39,671 bases of DNA from Mesotaenium endlicherianum (taxonomy: Eukaryota): the NCBI GenBank assembly GCA_009602735.1, contig WELA01000919.1, positions 1 through 39,671 on the forward strand, given 5' to 3'. Positions within the stretch are counted from its first letter, which is position 1. Each line of letters begins with the position of its first letter. Positions 11,359 to 24,400 of this stretch are shown here, piece after piece. The notes under the pieces are model-generated. The model was not told where the DNA came from and ran no database searches. It saw only the letters and a program-made list of their open reading frames with translations. Position numbers and translations under genes: made by a program.

Positions 11359-14300
11359 CCTGCAGTCGCCAGTCTTCAGTGGACGAGAATTCAGCGTTCT
11401 CACGCTTGAGAAGACCGCCTGGTGTCTCGCGTGAGTCGCATACTCCTGTCTCTCGCCCGCACTCGTGGTCGGTTGACTAGTAGACTTTTAGTCGCGACAC
11501 TTTGCCGTTGTTAAGATTTGTTGCGATTGATAAGGAAGTCTATGCATTCTCCTTCGATCGACGGATCACGCGGACCTACATCACATCAAGGGCTGACATC
11601 TATCACTTTCCACAGGCTTCGGAGAACATGTTGGGTACGACAATCCGCTGACACTCTATTGTCGTGCCTTGTTTGTCGTTACCAGTCTAGGAGCGCGACA
11701 AAAGCTTCACCAGATCCAGATTTCATTCACTTTCGCGGCTCCAAAAGTCTGAACTCTGGAATGGGGGGTCCTCGAGGTTGGTACCAGTCTACCAGATGAG
11801 CGCGACTCCCATATTCTTGTATAAGAACCAACAACTTTCGTCCACGTCATAGACGCTGTCACAAAACAGTGCACCTCACGTTGCGCACATATTAACGCGT
11901 TCCCGCGTCTCTGGCCGCCCCCAAATGCACGAGGAGAATATACAGATGGACAGTTTTGGACAATAGTTGAAAATTAGGTACAAGGCAAACTACGGACAGG
12001 CTGCTATGGTCCAGTACATGCCGTAATGTCTTGCATCTGGTGGTTGCACCCCGGCACTAACCCATCGTACCCAGCTTACTTCCACTACAAATTACAATAA
12101 CGTAATGTGTCCTCTAAACACCTATAAAAACTGATTAGATTCTTTTACCCGCCTGTCAAGCTCATCGTTGAATGTAATATAAACATTTTCCTACAATCTT
12201 CAAGAACCGGCATGTTTGCAACCCGGCTGGCCGAATGTTCTATATATAAGCAAGTTGCGAGGGTAGAACCCGAGCGCCTACCAAGTTCCAATCAGTATCG
12301 TACATTTCCTCATCCCATTGAACCAGGGTGGTACGAAGAGAACGTCCACAGGCTAAAGCTTAGAAGGTATTGCCAGTCGCATAATCAACAATTGCCAGTA
12401 CAGTGAACAAGTTTCTGTCCGTACTGCCATAGTTAGGCTGCAATTTCAGATTACTTGCACCGACCAGTCAGGGCTCTTAGCCCGCGACTCCTGATATTAC
12501 GTGTCGCTCGTGAGACGTGGCCATCTGAGTTCTTCCGAGAGACTGCTTTGAGTCTTGAGAATCGGCGGGATACAGTCAGTCAGAGCAGACCAACGTTCCT
12601 CTGCAAACTGATCAGAAGAATCCTAAGCTCGAAAGGAGAATCTAAACAAGAACGCACTTATGCAATATAATGTTTCAACTGAGGGTTCTACTATAGTTGA
12701 TTATTCATATGTTAGTTGTATTTTCTTCTCAATAGCGTACCAGCATGCGGTTTGAGACAAATAGACGCCGAGAGACCGTGTGACATCAGACGAGGAGCCA
12801 GGCGTCCACGGGACAAACAAAGCAGAGCTCTCCGTTGCTCTCCGATATTAAAAAGCAGCAGACAAGCTGGCAAACCTTCCCGCCCACGTCGTGCTCCTGC
12901 GGTTGCCTTCACTAGCCTTCACAGGTAGTATGTGCTAGCCTCACGAAATACTTCGACCATGTGGAAGTACCCTCGAGAATGCGATGTTATACGGTTTTGG
13001 CATTTTGGGGAGACTGCCTGCAGCCCTGGCTTGGCTGTTGTTGGGCTTGGCTGAGTGGAAATTTGGAAGTGCATCCAGCGGCACCATCGGAACGACCTTT
13101 GTCCCCCTCCCGACAAAAGCTTTGTGTGTTCACAATTCAACATCAAATCTTGTCAAAGCATTCCCATCTACGACGAAGGGGAAGGTACTGAACATGGCTG
13201 CCTGCCAAAGGGCCGGGTATAGTGAAGGAGGAATTTTCTTGAGCATGACAAAGCCAGCTACTAGCATGCCATCTTTTTGGTAGCAGAGCCTAATACTTCT
13301 CATCTTGTTGACTCGAGAAAGGATTTGAGTGTTTTCTTGAGGCGGAGAGTAGCACGTGAATGATTTTCAGGAGCTCAACTGTTGCTATAATATACATCTC
13401 AACGCATCACGTTCTTAAGTGCACCGGTGTCGTTTTCTTGCTTCGTTCAAAACCATAAGTCGCTCCTGAGCCACAGAGTATGGGTGCTTAGGTCGCTCAT
13501 CTTCAACCGACCTTCCACCTAACCTACCGCTGGACGGGGAGAGGTCCTATGCTTAGAGGCACTTCGAGGGCATGGGGTCATCCGAATCTGAGTACTGGAT
13601 GTCACTGACTGGCAGCCAACGACCAGACGCTCAGGCACACTCTGCGCAGACCCTTAACCTGGAGAATGTAGACTGGCCAGCTCTCCACACACAACTTTCT
13701 GGTGGCAACCAGTACGTATACTGCACAGGTCCATGTGGCCCATTTTGAGCTTTTCCAAGCCCTCTGGAGCCCCAAGACAAGTCCGAGTACCCTTCCTTAT
13801 GGTGACGTTGCTTGAAGGAAACAGTCTTGTGAGTCCTCAGCCCTCGAGTTGGCTTGAGAGTAATATGAAACTGCTTGCCAGGTTGGCAAGTTGCCAGCTC
13901 GTTACCTTTGTCAGCCTTGTTTCTGCCCATGCGTGGTTGGTCCAGGAGGCCAGGCGGAGATAGGTTCTTGTCTTTTCCATTGTCTTCCTCTCTCTTCGCG
14001 CATCTTTACGTCCATACTCCACAGCAGTCTGATCCTCTGTAACCTACTTGCCCGCTGCAGCCGTAGTCTAGTCAGAGCTAGTTTCAAGCTTGACAAGTCC
14101 CCGTCAGCTCGATGCTTTCCCGAGTCTACACTCAAGACAGCGTGCATATACTAGTGCATATACAAGAGAGGACAACGAGTGCTCTGCTGCTGCCACCATT
14201 TGCAGCCTGCCTGCCGCTGCCATCATGTATCGATTATAAGCGCAAAGCTTGATTCTTTGTATGCTCCTGCTACTGCTGCTGCTGTGTAGCTGTGCAGCTG

Positions 14301-14627
14301 TGCAACTGTGCAGCTGTCTTGCTGCTGCTGCTGTTGCTGCCGGTTTCCGTAAGTGTCAGCGGGTACTGCATCTGAACTGCCCCTCCCCCCCCCCCTCTTT
14401 CCTCCCCTTATTATACTAATCCTGCTGCTCCCGCTGCTCCCGCTGCTCCTGCTGCTCCTGCTGCTGCCGCTGTGCGGTGTCTACCACGCGCTCGTGCATG
14501 CATGGCGTGGTGCGTGCGTGCGTGTGCGTGCGTGCGTGCGTGCAGGAACGCCGCGTTCACACAGCGGCTGAGCGCGCTCCTGGACCCCACCAACGCCGGC
14601 CACTCGCTGGCAGACTTGTCCGCGCTG

Positions 14628-17600
14628 ATGCTTCCCAAGGCCGCTAGCACCGGCAGCACCACCAGCAGCCTGCCCTCCTTCCTCGCAGCCTCATCCCCGT
14701 TTGGCAACGCCCCCGCTGACCTTCAGCAGCAGCAGCAGCTGCAGCTACAGCTGCAGCAGCAGGGCCTTCAGGCGTTCCACCACCACCACCAGCAGCAGCA
14801 GCACCAGCAGCAGCAGCAGCAGCAGCTCCTGGGGAAGATGGAGAGTAAGAGAGGAGGGGGAGCGTCCGAGCAACAGCAGCAGCAGCAGCTGCAGCACCAC
14901 CACGCGGCGTACCTGCAAGCCGGCCTCGGACCCTCCGGCCTGCCGGCGCTGACGCTGCCACCCTCGCCTTCCACTAGCAGCCAGGCCACCACGCCCATCC
15001 TGCAGGCGGGCGGCAGCGGCGGCGGGGGCGGCGGTGGGGGCAGCCAGCTGTCGGGCGGGCTGCTGACTCCCGGCAGCTCCGGCCGCCCATTTGCCAGCCC
15101 TCGCAGCTACCCCGGGTCGGGCGGCGGCGGCGGCCAGCTGGGCCTGGGCGGCGGCTCTCTGGAGGACATCCAGGCCAACTACGCCATGCTGGCAAAGCTG
15201 CTGCGCCACAACTCCCTGCCAGCTGTCCCGCTGGCCGCGCTCCTCGACCAGCACCACCAACAGCAGCAGCAGCAGCAGCCGGGCGGCGGCGCTGGCGGCA
15301 TGGAGGCCATCCTGAGCTCCATCCTGAGCCGCGAGCAGGCGGGCCACCACCTGGCACACCTGGTGGCCGCCGAGCAGCAAGCGGCAGCGGCAGCGGCCGG
15401 GGCGGGCAGCGAGGCAAGCCCCTCGGGGAGCCGGGCGGCCGCGAGCTCCCTGGAGCATCTCAGCCTTGGCGAGCAGCTTGTCTCCGCCGCCCGGGGGGGG
15501 GCACAGGGCACGGGGCAGATTTACCACCACCAGCAGCAGCACCACCAGCAGCACCACCACCAACACCACCACCAGCAGCAGCAGCGGAATGCAGGCGGCA
15601 GCAGCACCAGCTTCTCCGGCAGCCCTCAGAACGACCTGGCCTCGCAGCGCTCGCGCTCCCTCCTCCGGCCTCACTTTGATCAGCACCCGCAGCAGCAGCA
15701 CCCGCAAGGGGAAGGCGCACAGGCAGCGCAGGCGCAGCAGCAACAGCAGCCGCAGGTGGAAACCACGATGGACCTGTTGCAGCGGCACCTGAGAGGTGGC
15801 GGCCAGCAGGAGGCGTCAGAACACCATCCGAGGGAGCCAGGTGTTGGCGGGATGGCTTTGGCCTCCGCTCTCAAGGTGGAGGCGGGTCAGCCGCACGGCG
15901 GCCGCAAGCGTGCAGGGCATGAGCCGCAAGAGGCAGGGCCCACCCCGTTCTCGAAGAGGCGCCAGGTGTCGCCGGACGAGGACCTGCTGTCCCCCGTGAG
16001 CACCACTAGCTCCCCCTGCCCCTTTCTGTCTCGCTGTCCTTTTTTTATCTCTCTCTCTCTCTGTGGCTCACTGCCTGTGACTGCGAGACTGAGGCAGAGT
16101 GAGAGCACGTACTTGTGCATGCAGCATGTGCGTGTGGGTGTGTGCGTACGTGTGCCTGTGCGTGTGCGTGTGCGTGTGTATGTGTGTGTGTGTGGAGTGA
16201 TATGTACAATGAGTCGTGCAGAACCTAGAATTTGTGGATGTGCTTTGCTGCTACCTGCTGCCGCCGCTGCCGCCGCTGCCGCCGCTGCCGCCGCTGCCGC
16301 CGCTGCCACCGCTGCCGCCGCTGCCGCCGCCGCTGCAGCTGCTAAGTTGGTCTGATTAAAACGATATGAACAAGTGGCAGCCCTGTGTGCTACTCAGTGA
16401 TCTCGTTTGCCTGCTGCTAGCCTGGCAGTCTGTTGTGTGCCAAGTCACAGGAAGAGGAGGCAGCCCGTGCAGCAAGCCCTGGGTTCTTCTCTCCTAGCTA
16501 TGCCTCCCAGCGCGCACCCAACGCGTCACTCCGAGAGAGGTCTCCAGAGGCGGCCCTTGCTCTGCAACGGCAATGTCTGACGGCACGCAATTGCCCCTCC
16601 CGTGGCATTTGCGCTGCTCCCAATACTCCCCTTCCGGGAGAGCGTTCGTCCCTCTGCAAGCTCAGGTCTGACAGGCACACGGTTTGCTTCTCTCGCGCTG
16701 TGTGTGCGCTTGTGTGCGTGCGTGCGTGCGTGGGTGCGTGTGTGTGTGTGTGGCGGGAGCACAGAGGAGAGACGACGGGAGCGGGTCGGAGGGCGGGGAG
16801 ATGGACAACGACACGGTGCTCTGCAAGACGCGCGCCAAGCGCGGCTGCGCCACGCACCCTCGCAGCATCGCCGAGAGGGTGAGTGGAGTGGTGGAGTGGG
16901 ACCACTGAGATGCTGCCCCCCCCCCCCCCCNNNNNNNNNNNNNNNNNNNNNNNNNNNNNNNNNNNCCCCCCCCCCCCCCGGGGGAGCTGCTGCCGCCCGT
17001 CCTGTTCTGTCATGTCCTGTCTGTCCTCTTGCCCCCCCCCCTCGTGATGGGTTGAGTTGTCTGTGTGTTGCCAGCTGCCCTCCTGACAACGCCCGTTCCT
17101 TACTTGCACAATTGGTGTTTGGATGTTGTCTTCACGCCGTCCTTGACGCACGCCTTCCTTGATTTGGACACCTGTTGTGCGTGCGCTCGTGCTTGTGCTG
17201 GGCGCCTGAAAAGAGGGACAGCATGCGCTTGTCCTGGCTGCCTCTCCTCTTGCTACGGCTGTGAAGAGTCCTTACAATTTCAGCTGCGTGAGGCGTTGTC
17301 GATCTGACTTCCATGCTCACTTGAAATATATGCCCCGCCCCCCCCGCTTGCTCCTGCTGCTACTGCTTCTGGTGGTGCTGTTGTCGGTTGCTGCTGCTGC
17401 TCTTGCTGCTGTTGCTGCTGCTTGTAGTGCGTGGATGCACTCATGCATGCGTGCGTACGTGCCGGCCTTGCTGTTTGGGCCGCCGCCGCTGTCGTCACCT
17501 TCGTTGCTGCTGGTGCCGCTGCCACTGCTCTTTCTCTTGGTGGAGGGAGGTCTTGTTGCTGCTGCACTCTTGCTCATCGACTGAGCATGCGAGCCCGTCC

Positions 17601-19092
17601 GCTCGCGTGCGTACGTGCATGCGCGCCTTGCTCACCGTGTGCCGGGCGCGTGCACTCCCTTACGAGTGCAGGTGAGGCGGACGCGCATCAGCGAGAACAT
17701 GAAGCGGCTGCAGAGCCTGATCCCGGACCTGGACAAGCAGGCCAACACGGCGGACATGCTGGACGAGGCCGTGGAGTACATGAAGTACCTGCAGCACCAG
17801 GTGGAGGTGAGTCGGCAGCGCCGCGCAGCGCAGCGCTCTCCTTGTGCTTCCCTCCCTCCCCTCCCGAGTCCTCCCCCTCCTCCTCTCCCTCTCGATGCTC
17901 CTCCTTCGGAGCTCCCCTCCTTGCGCTTGCGGTCCTTCTTCTCTTCTTCTTTTTCTTCTTCTTCTTCTTCTCCTTCAGGTGGAGGTGAGCTGGGCCGCGC
18001 ACCGCACCTCTCCTCTCTCGCTCCTCTTACATTCCCCCGTCACTCCTCCTCTTCCTCATCCTCCTCCCGGTGCTCGTGTTGTTCGTCAATTTACCTCGAC
18101 TTCTTCAGCTTGTTCTTGTTGCTCTCCTTCCGCCTGTTCATGATGTCACTCCTACTTCTTTGTGTTCGTCTCCTTGTTCTTCGTCTCCTTAATCCTTCGG
18201 CAGGCATGCAGGCGCTCATGTCCCCTCGTTGCTCTCAGCTTGAATGCCGCCCTTGTTTATGTTTGTGTGTGGAGCATACTCACTCCTCGCTCATGTCTCT
18301 TACGCTGACCGCGTCGAGTACGCTCGGACCAAAGTGACGGGGAGCGCTGGTCAACCGACAGGCTGCTTCTTCTTCTTCTTCTTCTTCTCCTTCTTCTCTT
18401 CTTCTTCCCCTTCTTATCCTTTTGCTTCTTCTTCTTCTTCTTCTTCTCCTCCTGTGGTCCTTCCCAATGATGCTGAGTTGCTTGAAAGTGTGTTTGCTTT
18501 GTCTCCCCTGTATAGGATACACGATAGGCCACCTTATCTGCAGACATCCAAGCAGACCGGCTTGCATGTTGAGAGGTTTGTTGACAGTTGTTCTCCCTGG
18601 CTCTTGGCTCATCAATTCGATGACATAGGCTACAGCTGCTCTGTCGAGAGAGTTGCCGTGGCCTTGGATTGCCGCACAGGTTGCAACTGCTCTCCCGTAT
18701 CTCGCCAGCCTGGCAATCGCTCGCAGCAGTAGCTACACTCGTTGCCAGGATGATATCAGGGGAGAGCAGAGGAGGGGAGTGAGAGCACCAGCTCGGGCCG
18801 TATTGCGACCACCTTGGAGAAAGCTTGGTACATGTGCTGCTGTCATTGGCTGACATTACCTGTTATGTGCTTGGTGTGCGTGCCCCTTGTCTTGGACTGG
18901 TGGTGGGAGCAGGTGTTGTCCGAAGGCCGGGAAATCCCGCCCCACCGCAGCAAGTATGGGGGCGGCGGCAGCAGCCTCGGCGGCGGGGGGGGAAGTGGCG
19001 GTGGCGACGGCGGGGCTGACGACGATGACAGGGAGGCGAGAGGAGACAAGGCAGACGCATCGGGGTCTCAAATGAAACACGACAGCGATTGA
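14628..19092 (+). CDS. bHLH transcription factor, plant subfamily IX (FBH/AKS/bHLH122-130-like), ~598 aa; coding exons 14628-15995, 16765-16878, 17672-17806, 18913-19092
   Basis: Spliced domain CKTRAKRGCATHPRSIAER|VRRTRISENMKRLQSLIPDLDKQANTADMLDEAVEYMKYLQHQVE carries the subfamily IX signature. All GT-AG junctions are phase 0. The N-terminus is polyQ/H/G-rich. The start codon and last exon are less certain; a probable 5'-UTR intron lies at 14349-14545. Confidence 0.9.
16256..16340. repeat. (GCCGCCGCT)n tandem repeat in a bHLH intron
   Basis: Directly visible 9-bp repeat array. Confidence 0.9.
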
Positions 19093-21489
19093 GCCCCTTG
19101 ATTCTGCTCCTTCTACCCCCTCTCTCTCTCTGCCCCTCTCCCCCCCCCCCNNNNNNNNNNNNNNNNNNNNNNNNNNNNNNNNNNNNNNNNNNNNNNNNNN
19201 NNNNNNNNNNNNNNNNNNNNNNNNNNNNNNNNNNNNNNNNNNNNNNNNNNNNNNNNNNNNNNNNNNNNNNNNNNNNNNNNNNNNNNNNNNNNNNNNNNNN
19301 NNNNNNNNNNNNNNNNNNNNNNNNNNNNNNNNNNNNNNNNNNNNNNNNNNNNNNNNNNNNNNNNNNNNNNNNNNNNNNNNNNNNNNNNNNNNNNNNNNNN
19401 NNNNNNNNNNNNNNNNNNNNNNNNNNNNNNNNNNNNNNNNNNNNNNNNNNNNNNNNNNNNNNNNNNNNNNNNNNNNNNNNNNNNNNNNNNNNNNNNNNNN
19501 NNNNNNNNNNNNNNNNNNNNNNNNNNNCCCCTCTCATCCACTCTTCCCCTCCCCCCCCTTCCCTTTTCGAGCGACGCGCAGCCAGTGGGCCCCCTAGCGG
19601 ACAAGAGAGGCTCTGGTGCGGGGGAGCTGCGGATGTACCGCCTTGGGAGGAAGGCTCGGATCGAGGCTCGGGAGCGTCGGGACCTCGGCTCGGGACTAGC
19701 TTCGGGGGAGCCTGGACGTCGGAGCTACAATCTGTATGGAGGACAGCAAGAGCGGGAGTGCCAAGTCGCGGAAGTTGGTGCCAGACGGCGGCAGGCACGC
19801 TTGCGCTTGGCTCCTCATGAGAGGGCGAGCGTGGCTGCTCCATCTTCTTCCGGGAGGAGCTGTTCTGGCCACCCCCGTCACTGGGTGACCAGGTGGAGCT
19901 GGCTGAGGCTGCCAAGTAGGGGCAGGGAGCTGGCAGGTGGTGGCGGCTGGCTGAGAATCTCTTTGGTTGCGAGAGGCTTAAGCTGAAGGGCCCAGGGGGA
20001 GGCCAGGGATACGCAGCTCTTACCCGCTCGCCGTGGTGCAGGCTTGCTGTTGACTCTCGAGATCTGACATGGAGACAGCCTGCAGCGTTACTGGCGTTGC
20101 TGGGTCTGTGAGTCGTCGGAGGAATGCGTGTGGCTACTCTTGCGCAAGCTCGATCGTGCACGCGGATTGACCAATTGTTTGTAGGACTAGAGCAGAGCAC
20201 CCCAGCTTCATGTGCGAGGAGGACGAGCAATTGGGACGGGGGCACATCTCTCTCCTACAGCTGCTGCTGCTGCTGCTGATGCTTCGAAGCCAGCTGGAGA
20301 GAGGGCCAGTTGCTGCCCTCCTCGCATGCCTTATTTTTACGTCAGATGAAGTTAGATTAGGCAAGGTCAGATCAGATTAGAATGTAGGTGGTATTCTTTT
20401 GTTAGAAGCTGATCATGAAGGGCCATCAAGAAAGATAGCTGATCAGGAGCAATAACCTTTTTCCTATGGTGTGGGTTTTCCACGATGTATAACTAGTACA
20501 GGGAGGGACAGGCAGGAGGGCATAGGGGTGTAGAAGGGGGGAGGCAAGTAGAAGAAGACTAGTATGTGCCATGGTGCCTAGATCGCAACAGGCGTACAGG
20601 CCCAACGCGCGAGATCTCTTTCTGCGGCTCACGCCGTAGGCTCAATCTACATTTGCATGCACGCATGTGACGGCGGCGTGTGATAGGCGTAGATAGGATA
20701 GTTAGCTTTGCATCTTGATCGTAGATGTCGCCAGTGGTAGCTCGTCAGAGTAGTTACATCCAGGTGAAGCTTTAAGGTCTCCTACGCAATTCAATTCCAG
20801 TTAGAGCTAGAAGCTAGTGGGGCCCGCCAGGTTTTGATATAAAACGTAGCAAGAAGCGGCGCAAGCCTTGTGTACTGATATTTGTGCATGATAGGAGGTA
20901 GATAGTGATAACATCGACTTCTGATAGCTCAAATAGTGTCATGTTTTGCTTCCACATGCTGCAGATCTTTGATTCTGCTCGTGATGTACAATGTGCATTT
21001 ATTGCATATATCCGTGTGAGGCTTGAGCACGCATTGATATACGTAAGTTGCATTGCTTTTGCTCGTGCGTGCCCTATGCAACGTTTCAAACTTGAAGTAC
21101 CACCCGTCGACGCTCTATCATCCAGATATACTGAGACGCGGCTACGCACACATTAACAAGACCAATTTGTGACCATATGAAGAAAGAATGTACCAGAATA
21201 CTTCACATTCACAAAGCTCGTATACACGTGTACCATGAATCGTCAAATATGTACATACTGGAGGCTGATTCTTACAAGAGACAAAGGCCATCACTCGGCG
21301 CCACACTACATCTTGTATTTTGAGCTAAGGGATGCATGCCTGACCTGATTCGCGAGCCCCGCATGGTCCGGATGCTACCTAAAAGGAGACCATCTCAGCC
21401 ATGAGCGTGGGCCCTCAGCTGCAAAAGAAAGGGTGCGCTGGAGCACCTGACTGCTGATACTACCGCCTACGCCTACTGCCCACTGCTGC

Positions 21490-24400
21490 TCACATTGCAA
21501 TGTTACACGCGGCTTTAATCTGGGCCCCCAAGCGCATCGTGTCGACGTTACGCGCCATCAAGTTGCTTCCGAAGAGAGTGACTTGCAGCGTCTCCAGCAC
21601 GCACACAAACACCGTGCCCTGCTTTGGCACCACTGCACCGCACACGTGGCACGCAATCACAGGGCCACGTGGCACAGCCAACAGGCACGCTTCTTTTACG
21701 ATTTAAGCTCACTTACGATGAGAATAATCGGGGGCCTGTGGCGGATGGCACCACAGCGATCCCCGAGCAGTCAGCGTCCCCAAAATAGCACGCACGCCCG
21801 CCGTGAAAGACAGAGTCCACAAAACATGCACACACGCAAATCTCCCTCCTTCCCCCGTCACCACCCCACTCCTTTGACGGCGCTCCTCTCTCAATTACAT
21901 TCAGCCTCCCGCACACAGCCCTCTGGTTAGAAAAAGATTTGCAGGGGAGCAAAGAGCAACCCGCGCAGGCGACTGGGAGACAGCCTCACAGAAAATTGCA
22001 GCCTTCAGAACCACATTCTGAGAACGACTGCGAAAGTAACAGACAGAGGCAACGGCGTAAACAGCTACTCAATCGCACATGAAGCCGGACGTCTGATAAG
22101 TAAGAAGCTCTGGTGGAAGCGAAGGCCGCAGCCTGATGAATCACGAGCGTGAAATTGACTGATTCGGCCGGAAACGCCAATTGGGGCTACCTTTCGAAAC
22201 AATGCTCGTGAGGGCAGCTGTACGCAGGAGGCGGGAGCAAAGACAAGACTTAGACTCACTCTTCAGGGCGTCGTCGACAGTCAGCAGGTAGAAGGTTCTG
22301 GCAGTCTCCCGCACGACGATGCCCCGCCGTGCCACCTGGACGGGATCCTTGGCTGCAGAGACTGCCCCTCCCCAGTCCGCAGCGAGTGATCAGAATCGAC
22401 GCTCAGAAGAAGGAAAGAGAATCTCGGTAACGACAGCCATGGCCCTCAGACCGGATGCTACACGGCCCGCGCCAGCACCGCGGAAGATGCCACACGTTGC
22501 GTCAAGACACATTGGAAGCCATGCGTCAGAAGCCATGTGCCAGGAGCCGTGCGTCGCGCATGCTACCGAGCAACGTGGGGCATGCACCTGGCGCGCAGTG
22601 CCTCGGCAACTTGCAAAGCAGTGGGCTCCGCCTCCCCTTCTGAGCAGCAGCAGGAGCACGAGCTCAGAGCGTGTCGAGCCCAGGCCGTGAGGAGGAAGAA
22701 AAGCGCGCTGTCCCAATCCCGACATGAGGCACGCATGCAGCGGTCGTGATGATGCTCCGCTGGTTCCAGAAACTACACCAAAGTTGACAAAGATCACCAC
22801 AACAGCAATAGCTGCAAAATGCAGACAGGTGTCCGCCTTGGGTGTTCACATTCCGCTCTCCAGGCACCTGCTTTCACGAGCATGCCTGCATTTGTGCATG
22901 TTGTGCGCCTGTGTATGTATGTGTCTGTGTGTGTGTGTCTGTGTGTGTGAGAGTGTGCCCGCACGCGTGTGTGCGGTGTGTGTGTGTGTAAAGGTGTGCG
23001 TGTTTTCATTTAAAGCAGAGGAGCGAGCAGCAAAGCAGCACGCACACACACACCACCACGGCTGTTAAGAATGCAGGACCAGAGGGGGGGGGGCGGGGTT
23101 GGAGCAGGGGAGGGGGTGCACGCAGTCCAGGGGCGAGCAGGCGCGGGCAGGGACTCACCCTCGAGAATGGCGCCGTGGAGATCTGCTGTCAGCAGCCTGG
23201 AGTGGAGCACCACGTTGCTGCGCATCCAGCGGCAGCAGCACCCGTGACAACCCAGAGAAAGAAATCAGACACATCATACATACACAAGGGGGGAGAGCCC
23301 AGCGGCAGCAGCAGCAGCACCCCTGCTTCAAAAGCCGAGTCTGACACATACACACACACAAGGGGTGAAAGGCAAAGATACAACAAATGCTCACAATCAT
23401 AACCCACCACGCCCACGCCTACGCCTATGCCTGCGGCGGCGCTGCACTGCTGCAACAGCAAGCACATTTTGCAGATTTGAAAAAGTGAGCATAAGTCCGA
23501 ACCCCACCCCCTGGTCCCCCCCCCGCCCCCCCCCTTNNNNNNNNNNNNNNNNNNNNNNNNNNNNNNNNNNNNNNNNNNNNNNNNNNNNNNNNNNNNNNNN
23601 NNNNNNNNNNNNNNNNNNNNNNNNNNNNNNNNNNNNNNNNNNNNNNNNNNNNNNNNNNNNNNNNNNNNNNNNNNNNNNNNNNNNNNNNNNNNNNNNNNNN
23701 NNNNNNNNNNNNNNNNNNNNNNNNNNNNNNNNNNNNNNNNNNNNNNNNNNNNNNNNNNNNNNNNNNNNNNNNNNNNNNNNNNNNNNNNNNNNNNNNNNNN
23801 NNNNNNNNNNNNNNNNNNNNNNNNNNNNNNNNNNNNNNNNNNNNNNNNNNNNNNNNNNNNNNNNNNNNNNNNNNNNNNNNNNNNNNNNNNNNNNNNNNNN
23901 NNNNNNNNNNNNNNNNNNNNNNNNNNNNNNNNNNNNNNNNNNNNNNNNNNNNNNNNNNNNNNNNNNNNNNNNNNNNNNNNNNNNNNNNNNNNNNNNNNNN
24001 NNNNNNNNNNNNNNNNNNNNNNNNNNNNNNNNNNNNNNNNNNNNNNNNNNNNNNNNNNNNNNNNNNNNNNNNNNNNNNNNNNNNNNNNNNNNNNNNNNNN
24101 NNNNNNNNNNNNNNNNNNNNNNNNNNNNNNNNNNGGGGGGGGAGGGCTTGTACCTGCAATGGGCAGTCAGCTCCTGGATGTATTTCTTCCACACCTCACG
24201 CAGAGGAGCGTACATCTCGTACCTGGTCACATACGCGCGCGCACACATATGCTTGCATGCACAGACGCACGCACGCACGCACATATATTATAAGACGCTT
24301 ACCCGTGCACGCAGTCACACCCACGTGCACGCAGTGATTCGTATACACGCACACGCACTCGCACACACTTGCACGCGCTCACCAGGCACACGCCTACATG

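Noticed and set aside
12455..14154. Short ORFs upstream of the bHLH gene
   Set aside because: No recognisable domain or consistent splice structure.
15996..16355. 627-aa single-exon ORF 14472-16355 with a polyalanine tail
   Set aside because: It reads through a GTGAG donor at 15996 into intronic microsatellites, and its 5' part also begins inside an intron.
14644..18856. Numerous overlapping and antisense ORFs across the bHLH gene
   Set aside because: These are shadows of GC-rich codons and trinucleotide or dinucleotide repeats.
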